In this document: positions 54,484 through 60,537 of the stretch, in pieces
Numbering within the stretch: position 1 is the stretch's first letter
How the letters are laid out: the number at the start of each line of letters is the position of its first letter
Source of the DNA: Caldisericota bacterium
GTDB taxonomy: Bacteria; Caldisericota; Caldisericia; UBA6126; JAGPKI01
Assembly: GCA_052034135.1 (NCBI GenBank)
Contig: JBPOJC010000013.1
Coordinates: 1 to 60,537 of the forward strand
DNA length: 60,537 nt
Direction: 5' to 3'
Notes under the pieces: model-generated
What the model was told of the DNA's origin: nothing
Databases searched by the model: none
What the model saw: only the letters and a program-made list of their open reading frames with translations
Made by a program: the position numbers and the translations under genes

Positions 54484-56301
54484 ATGGAGAAAATAAAAAT
54501 ATGTGAGAATTTAGGCTTTTGTCATGGTGTTAGGAATGCAATCTGGTCTTCAGTTCAATCTTTTGGAAAATCAAATAACGTCTTTATATTAGGAAACCTT
54601 ATTCATAATGAGAGAGTTTTAAAAGAACTATCTTTGAGCAAAGTTAAATTTATAAAAGAGGTTGATGAACTTCCTATAAATGCAAAAGCAATAATTCCTG
54701 CTCATGGTATAAAAAAAGAAGTTTTTAAAAAAATTAAAGAAAAGACTCCAAACTTTATCGATATGACCTGTCCCGTAGTAGTAAGACTCAGGAACTCTTT
54801 GATAAACTTTTCCAATAAGGGATATTTTATTTTGCTCCTTGGCAAGGAAGACCACCCAGAAATAGTTGGAGTTACCAGTTACATAAAAGATGATAGTTAT
54901 GCAGTTATTGAAAATGTTACAGATATTAAAAAATTAGAAGAACATTTAAAATCAAAAAATCGCATTGTATTTTTGTCTCAAACAACCGCAAATTATCAAA
55001 AATATATTGAAATCGCAAATCATTTAAAAACTCTCAATTTAGTTGAGCTTGAGATACATAACACAATATGCCCAACTGTTGTAAACAGGGAAGTTAATAC
55101 TCTAAAACTCTCAGAAAAAGTTGATTTAATGCTAATTCTTGGTGATAAGAGAAGCTCCAACACTTTGAGTTTATTAGACATGAGTAGCAGAAACACAGAA
55201 TCAATTCTATTAGAAAGCAATAAGCCACTCTCAATCCAATTAACTTTTGGAGAAAAGTTAAAAAATATAAATATAATTGGAATAACTGCTGGTACTTCAA
55301 CCCCTTATTATGTGGTAGAAGAATTTTTTCATGCTTTAAAAAATCAAATGTTAAAATCACAAAAGAGTCCTGTAGTCGTTCTATTTGGTCCGACAGCCTG
55401 CGGTAAAACAGAAATAGGAGAAAAGCTTGCCCTAAAGATAAATGGTGAAATTATATCATGCGACTCTATGCAGATTTATAGAGACCTTAATATAGGAACC
55501 GCAAAACCAACTGTTACCAATAGTAATATTCCTTATCATCTTGTGGATATTTTAAATCTAAGTGAACAGTTCTCAGTTGCTGAATATAGAAAATTAGCTA
55601 ATGAATCAATTATTAAAGTTCAATCAAACAAAAAAGTACCAATAATTGCTGGAGGAAGCTATCTATATTTAAGCTCCATTATAGATGGCTTGTTTGAAAT
55701 TGATAAGAGCTTTGATCCTGATATAAGGAAAGAATTAATTGAAAGAGTAAATTGTGAGGGATTAGACTCTCTATATGAAGAGCTTTGTAAAATAGACCCC
55801 GAAACCGCCCAAAAAATAGGAAGAAATGATTCTAAACGAATAATAAGGGCTCTGGAAGTTTATAAGGTAACAGGTAGGAAAATAAGTTCATTAAAGAAGG
55901 AAAATACTTTTTCTCTTCCTTATTTCTTCATAAAAATAGGACTCGTTAGACCAACTTCTGAACTATACGAAAGGATAGACAGAAGAGTTGATAAAATGAT
56001 TGAAAATGGATTAATTGAGGAGATAAAGAATTTATTTGAAAACAATTTTGAAGTTGATTTGGAGAGAATTAAGCCTCATGGTTATAGAGAAATGATAAAA
56101 TATGTAAAAGGAGAAATGAGTTTAAGGGATGCAGCAGAGCTTATGAAAAAGAATACAAGAAATTATGCAAAGAGGCAAATGAGCTGGTTGAGACAGAGAT
56201 CAGATTTTCATTTATTAAATCTTTCTTCAAATACTATTGAGGAAGCAATTGAATCAATTATTAAAATAATAGATCTATCAAAAATAATGATTAAGGCATA
56301 A
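54484..56301 (+). CDS. ispH/miaA: fusion protein: IspH (HMBPP reductase) N-terminal domain + MiaA (tRNA dimethylallyltransferase) C-terminal domain
   Basis: 605-aa uninterrupted ORF. Residues 1 to about 287 carry IspH motifs: GFCHGV (Cys13), PAHG, MTCPVV (Cys96), HPE, SQTT, NTICPTV (Cys196), SSNT and AGTSTP. From about residue 296 onward the MiaA motifs appear: VVLFGPTACGKT P-loop and SCDSMQIYRDLNIGTAKPT. Confidence 0.85.
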   Translation: MEKIKICENLGFCHGVRNAIWSSVQSFGKSNNVFILGNLIHNERVLKELSLSKVKFIKEVDELPINAKAIIPAHGIKKEVFKKIKEKTPNFIDMTCPVVVRLRNSLINFSNKGYFILLLGKEDHPEIVGVTSYIKDDSYAVIENVTDIKKLEEHLKSKNRIVFLSQTTANYQKYIEIANHLKTLNLVELEIHNTICPTVVNREVNTLKLSEKVDLMLILGDKRSSNTLSLLDMSSRNTESILLESNKPLSIQLTFGEKLKNINIIGITAGTSTPYYVVEEFFHALKNQMLKSQKSPVVVLFGPTACGKTEIGEKLALKINGEIISCDSMQIYRDLNIGTAKPTVTNSNIPYHLVDILNLSEQFSVAEYRKLANESIIKVQSNKKVPIIAGGSYLYLSSIIDGLFEIDKSFDPDIRKELIERVNCEGLDSLYEELCKIDPETAQKIGRNDSKRIIRALEVYKVTGRKISSLKKENTFSLPYFFIKIGLVRPTSELYERIDRRVDKMIENGLIEEIKNLFENNFEVDLERIKPHGYREMIKYVKGEMSLRDAAELMKKNTRNYAKRQMSWLRQRSDFHLLNLSSNTIEEAIESIIKIIDLSKIMIKA

Positions 56302-56340
56302 AAGTTAAAAAATTAATGATTATGAATATACTTTTTAACT

Positions 56341-57102
56341 ATGAGTGAATTACACAACTTTTTTATAAATCCTGAAGATATAAAAGATAATTTTGCAATT
56401 ATAAAAGGAACTGATTTCCACCATATAAAGAATGTACTGAGAGGAAAAGTCGGAACTCGAATATATGCAACTACAATATCAGGAAAATATGAAGCAGAAA
56501 TTACTGAGGTCTCGGGAAACTATGTAAAAATTAAACTTCTTGATTTGATCGAGCCGCGAGTCGAGCCAAAGTATAAAATTAATCTATTACAGGCAATCCC
56601 TAAAGGCAGCAAGATGGACAAAATAGTTGAAAAAGCAGTTGAATTAGGAGTATCAAAGATTTACCCCTTTTATTCGGAGAGAGTTAATTTTAGTTTAAAT
56701 AAAGAAAAAGAAATCAATAAAATTGAAAGGTGGAAAAGGAAAGCCTTAGAGGCATCTAAACAGTGCAAGAGACTAAACATACCTGAAATTAATGAAATAA
56801 TCGATTTTGACGAACTTTTAAATGTAACTAACGGTTTTAGCAATGCTTTGAAAATTATATTTTGGGAGTTAGAGGAAAAAAATACTTTAAGTAAAGTGTT
56901 AAATATAACTAAAATATCTGATAGTTCATCTATTTTTATTCTCATTGGACCAGAAGGAGGGTTTTCAATAAATGAAGTCAAAAAAGCAGTTGACCAAGAT
57001 TTCATTCCCTGCTCACTCGGAAAATGGATTTTAAGAACTGAAACAGCAGGACCCTTTGCTGTTGGACTGGTTTCTTATATATTATGGGAAAGAGAAGAAT
57101 GA
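56341..57102 (+). CDS. rsmE: 16S rRNA (uracil1498-N3)-methyltransferase
   Basis: 253 aa with the PUA-like N-terminus, the SPOUT C-terminus and GPEGGFS. Confidence 0.85.
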   Translation: MSELHNFFINPEDIKDNFAIIKGTDFHHIKNVLRGKVGTRIYATTISGKYEAEITEVSGNYVKIKLLDLIEPRVEPKYKINLLQAIPKGSKMDKIVEKAVELGVSKIYPFYSERVNFSLNKEKEINKIERWKRKALEASKQCKRLNIPEINEIIDFDELLNVTNGFSNALKIIFWELEEKNTLSKVLNITKISDSSSIFILIGPEGGFSINEVKKAVDQDFIPCSLGKWILRTETAGPFAVGLVSYILWEREE

Positions 57103-58331
57103 AAGTTTGTATAAAGACATTTGGTTGTAAAGTAAACAAATATAATTCAGAGTTAATTCGTGAAAATTTACTCATTAATGGTTGTATTGTAGTTGAAACA
57201 ATCGATGAAGCGGATACAATCCTTTTAAATTCATGTGTTGTAACAGAAAAAGCAGAAAAAGATGTTTTAAAAGAACTGAGAAGAATTAAAAAATCTTCAA
57301 AAAATATTTTTGTAACTGGTTGCATAGGTACATCCCTAAAAGAAAAGTTTAAAGCAATGGAAATTAATTATTTTAAGAGCGACCTTCAAGAATCAAGAGA
57401 GATTATTTCTAAAATTCTTTCTGTTGATAAAGAAAAAGTTACAGTAAAAAATACTTTAGGAGATTTTAGTGGTAGGACAAGAGCTTTTGTTAAAATCCAG
57501 AGCGGTTGCAACCAATTCTGCTCTTATTGTATTGTACCATATGTTAGAGGAACTCCTAAAAGTCGAGACAAAGTTGAAATTATGAACGAAATAAGAGATA
57601 TTTTAAACAAGAATTACAAAGAAATAGTATTAACAGGTACTCAAATAGGTCTTTATAATTACGAGACCGAAAAACTATCAGATTTAATTGAGGATATTAT
57701 AGAAAGTTTTCCCAATTTAAAGAGATTAAGAATATCTTCTATTGACCCAACACTTATAGACTCGAAACTGATTAATCTTATGAGTATTAAAGATTCTCCC
57801 CTATGCAACCATTTGCATATACCTCTTCAGTCTGGAAGCAATAGAATTCTTAAACTTATGAATAGAAAATACAATATAGAATATTTCCTTGACCTTATTG
57901 AAAAGTTACGAAATAATATTATAGACCTAAACATTACCACAGATGTAATCGTAGGTTTTCCGTATGAAAGTTATTCTGATTTTTTGGATACCATTAAAGC
58001 AGTAGAAATAGCAAAATTTTCAAAGGTTCATATATTTCCTTACTCCGATAGGTCAGAAACACTTTCTTTCAAGATGGAGGGAAAGGTTTCTGAAGCTACA
58101 AAAAAACAAAGAGTTAAGGAATTGCTTGAATTCTCTAACAAGGTAAGCTATAATGTAAGAAATTCTTATATAGGAAAAGAAGTTTCTGTATTATTAGAGG
58201 GCAAAGGAATGGGATTTAGTAGAAATTATTTAAGAGTTATTTTAAATGAAAATGAGAGTCTTAAATATAGCACAGGAAATATTGTTTCTACTAATATTAA
58301 GTCCGTTGATGAGAAATTTCTTTATGGATAA
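57099..58331 (+). CDS. mtaB: radical-SAM methylthiotransferase, MtaB-like (ms2t6A37)
   Basis: N-terminal MKVCIKTFGCKVNKYNSE and radical SAM CNQFCSYCIVP. Start placed at the ATG at 57099, overlapping the rsmE stop. The ORF track starts at 57084. Confidence 0.75.
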   Translation: MKVCIKTFGCKVNKYNSELIRENLLINGCIVVETIDEADTILLNSCVVTEKAEKDVLKELRRIKKSSKNIFVTGCIGTSLKEKFKAMEINYFKSDLQESREIISKILSVDKEKVTVKNTLGDFSGRTRAFVKIQSGCNQFCSYCIVPYVRGTPKSRDKVEIMNEIRDILNKNYKEIVLTGTQIGLYNYETEKLSDLIEDIIESFPNLKRLRISSIDPTLIDSKLINLMSIKDSPLCNHLHIPLQSGSNRILKLMNRKYNIEYFLDLIEKLRNNIIDLNITTDVIVGFPYESYSDFLDTIKAVEIAKFSKVHIFPYSDRSETLSFKMEGKVSEATKKQRVKELLEFSNKVSYNVRNSYIGKEVSVLLEGKGMGFSRNYLRVILNENESLKYSTGNIVSTNIKSVDEKFLYG

Positions 58332-58365
58332 AATTATTATTTGAAAGGAATGATAAAAAGTAAGA

Positions 58366-58533
58366 ATGGCAGAAATTGAGAAAAAAGGAAACGAAAGTTT
58401 TGATACAATGCTTGCAAGATTTAAGCAAGAATGTGCACGTGAAGGTATAATCTCTGAGATTAAAAAACATAAATATTATTTTCCTCCAAGCGTAAAGAAG
58501 AGAAGGAGATTCTCTAAAAAACAAAGGAGGTAA
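58366..58533 (+). CDS. rpsU: 30S ribosomal protein S21
   Basis: 55-aa ORF below the ORF-track cutoff: MAEIEKKGNESFDTMLARFKQECAREGIISEIKKHKYYFPPSVKKRRRFSKKQRR. This is the typical S21 pattern (..RFK......G...E.......KPS). Confidence 0.85.
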   Translation: MAEIEKKGNESFDTMLARFKQECAREGIISEIKKHKYYFPPSVKKRRRFSKKQRR

Positions 58534-58543
58534 TATCAAAAAA

Positions 58544-60537
58544 GTGGATAGCTCGCCTGCGCCGAGCAATCTGAATTTCGTTTCATTTATTAGGAAGTTA
58601 CCAAGGCATTATCTGATAACTTCGTTAATTTCTTTTTTGTTAATTTTTTTAATTTTCTATTCGTATTTCCTATCAAATAAAACTTATCTTAAAGAGGGAG
58701 AAGTTGTTCCATATGATATTTATTCTCCAATAACCGTAAGATATATAAATGAAGAAGAAACCGAGAAACTTAGAAAGCAAGCCGAGGAACAGGTTCCTGT
58801 TATTTATAAAAAGAACTTTCTTGTTAATGAAACAGTAATTAGCGATATTGAATATTTATTCAGCGTAGTAAAAACCGAGCGAAAGAACAAGATAAAAACA
58901 AAAAACGAGAAATGTGCTACTGTTGAAAAATTGCTTTCTAAAGCAGAAAATCCTCGTAAAATTGCTGAATTCTTAGTTTCAACTGATGATAAAAATCTTC
59001 TTTTAATTCAAGACCTTACTTTAGAATTAGCAAATGAACTTTTGAATAAAGGTGTTCAAGAAGAAGATATTAAAGATATACCAGAAAGAGTAAAAGATTT
59101 AGCCATTAAGAAAGACAAGAGAGAGGAAATTGTTGAATCAGTTTCAGCCATCATAACAACAACCATTAGACCTAATTTTGTTGTAGATGAAGTTGAGACA
59201 AAGAAATTAAAAGAAGAGGCACGCCAGAAAATTGTGCCAGTTATTGATACAATTCTCCGTAATGAAAAAATAGCATCAAAAGGAGAAAAAGTAACAAAAG
59301 ATATCATTAATAAGCTTGAGGTTACAGGGGTTCTATCAACAAGTAAACAGAAGATTTTTTGGATTATATCTATTGTTTATCCTTTATTAATAATGATTCT
59401 CGTCTTTTTATATATTTACAAGTTTGGAGATATGAGATTAATTTCTGATCCAAGATATTTTATTATGCTGAATGCGATAATTGTGTTATGTGTGGCTACA
59501 GTAAGGATTTTTACATTTTCTTCTTACAATATTTTCCCATCACTTTTTTTCCTAATTATTTTAAATGTATTTTACAAGAGTAAACTTGCAATGTTCTTTA
59601 ATTCATCAGTTATTTTAATTTCACTTTTAGCGTTTAGCTATGATATGCCAGTGATTGTTGCTTATATTATCTCAGGCATTATTGCTATAATGATTTTCAA
59701 TGAATTTAATACACCTTCTGAATTTACTATTAAAGGATTATATTCTGCTATTGGCTTAAGTTTATGTATGTTAATTTTTACTTCTTTTTCAGAAGAAACT
59801 TATATTTATACAAATAAATTAATGCTTTTAGGAATTCCTTTCTTGAACGGACTAGTTTCGTGTTTCCTTGCAATGGGAGCAATTTTTGTTATCGAACATA
59901 CATTGGGTTTGGTAACACCATTAAGACTATTTGAGCTTTCTGATCCCAATTCACCGCTTTTGAGAAGATTATTCGAAGAAGCACCTGGTACATATCAACA
60001 CAGTGTGTCGGTTGCTAATCTTGCCTCTCATGCTGCTTCTGCTATTGGTTGTAACTCACTGCTAACAAGAGTTGGCTCCTACTACCATGATATAGGGAAA
60101 ATAGAAGACCCTTTAATTTACACAGAAAATAGTTCTGGTAGCAATATACTTGACAAAATGGATTTAAATGAAGCACTTAAAAAAATTAAAGACCATGTTT
60201 CTAATGGTATAAAGATAGCAAATCAATATAAACTACCCTCAGAAATAAAACAATTTATTTTAGAACATCACGGAACTTCAAAAATAAGCTTTCTTTACGA
60301 GAAAGCAAAAAAAAGTGAAAGCTCTAAAATTGATGATTCATTATTTAGATATGATGGACCTAAGCCAAAAACAAAAGAAACAGCAATAGTTATGCTTGCA
60401 GATTCTATTGAGGCAAGTCTCAGATCCCTTAAAGATAAAAGCGCTGAAAAAATTGAAGAGCTTGTTGATATGATAATGAAAAGTAGACTTTCAGATGGTC
60501 AATTTGATAATGCACCATTAACTTTAAAAGAGTTGTC
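58544..60537 (+). CDS. 7TM-HD membrane phosphohydrolase (PgpH/YqfF-like), 3' end beyond the window
   Basis: The frame is open from the GTG at 58544 to the window end and is missing from the ORF track. It has an N-terminal signal anchor, an extracellular domain and a 7-TM block, then HD-domain motifs YQHSVSVANLA, YYHDIGK and EHHGTS. Confidence 0.8.
   Translation, partial: MDSSPAPSNLNFVSFIRKLPRHYLITSLISFLLIFLIFYSYFLSNKTYLKEGEVVPYDIYSPITVRYINEEETEKLRKQAEEQVPVIYKKNFLVNETVISDIEYLFSVVKTERKNKIKTKNEKCATVEKLLSKAENPRKIAEFLVSTDDKNLLLIQDLTLELANELLNKGVQEEDIKDIPERVKDLAIKKDKREEIVESVSAIITTTIRPNFVVDEVETKKLKEEARQKIVPVIDTILRNEKIASKGEKVTKDIINKLEVTGVLSTSKQKIFWIISIVYPLLIMILVFLYIYKFGDMRLISDPRYFIMLNAIIVLCVATVRIFTFSSYNIFPSLFFLIILNVFYKSKLAMFFNSSVILISLLAFSYDMPVIVAYIISGIIAIMIFNEFNTPSEFTIKGLYSAIGLSLCMLIFTSFSEETYIYTNKLMLLGIPFLNGLVSCFLAMGAIFVIEHTLGLVTPLRLFELSDPNSPLLRRLFEEAPGTYQHSVSVANLASHAASAIGCNSLLTRVGSYYHDIGKIEDPLIYTENSSGSNILDKMDLNEALKKIKDHVSNGIKIANQYKLPSEIKQFILEHHGTSKISFLYEKAKKSESSKIDDSLFRYDGPKPKTKETAIVMLADSIEASLRSLKDKSAEKIEELVDMIMKSRLSDGQFDNAPLTLKEL

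Noticed and set aside
240-59307. Antisense or out-of-frame ORFs inside well-supported genes. Examples are 240..476, 3615..3800, 7154..7414, 10651..11065, 12096..12953, 39150..39422, 41125..41508, 46867..47154, 48866..49327, 51374..51631, 54628..55360, 56670..57325, 58297..58569 and 59056..59307.
   Set aside because: Each lies entirely within, or opposite to, a longer ORF with clear family motifs. Their products are low-complexity Ile/Leu/Phe/Ser-rich sequences, as expected from reading AT-rich coding DNA in the wrong frame.

Overview
AT-rich bacterial chromosomal window. I see no rRNA, tRNA or CRISPR array. It falls into four blocks. (1) 1-3590 is an insertion-sequence graveyard: an IS3-like fragment plus one truncated and one intact IS1634/IS4-family transposase. 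These have cut off the distal end of a glycan locus, leaving a GT4 remnant. (2) 3610-15624 is a surface-glycan locus in two divergent operons. The minus strand carries a deacetylase-like gene, alanine racemase, a Cys-less AsnB-like amidoligase and a GT4. The plus strand carries a PglC-like phosphoglycosyltransferase, a private KASIII-ACP-KASIII-SDR-LbH acyltransferase-PPTase set, a PglD-like acetyltransferase and a DegT/PglE-like aminotransferase. (3) 15625-37758 is a 22-kb hypervariable island with about 14 toxin-antitoxin, abortive-infection and ATPase cassettes: several MntA-HepT/NTase-HEPN pairs, HicAB x2, VapBC, a PIN pair, three toxin+DUF2283 pairs, AbiEi-AbiEii, RelE, DUF4143 and DUF234 ATPases, and VanZ. 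About half have inactivated toxin or effector genes. Most cassettes are separated from their neighbours by GC-rich mosaic arrays of short hairpin repeat modules, and every module copy has the same orientation. The arrays make up roughly one third of the island. This integron-like cassette array with no visible recombinase is the most unusual thing in the window. (4) 37928-60537 holds core genes: pheST; a 17-gene group-4 [NiFe] hydrogenase joined to a full Mrp antiporter module and preceded by an AsrA/AsrB-like NAD(P)H-type input module; hypA; an IspH-MiaA fusion ORF; rsmE; mtaB; rpsU (not in the ORF track); and a 3'-partial PgpH-like 7TM-HD gene (also not in the ORF track).
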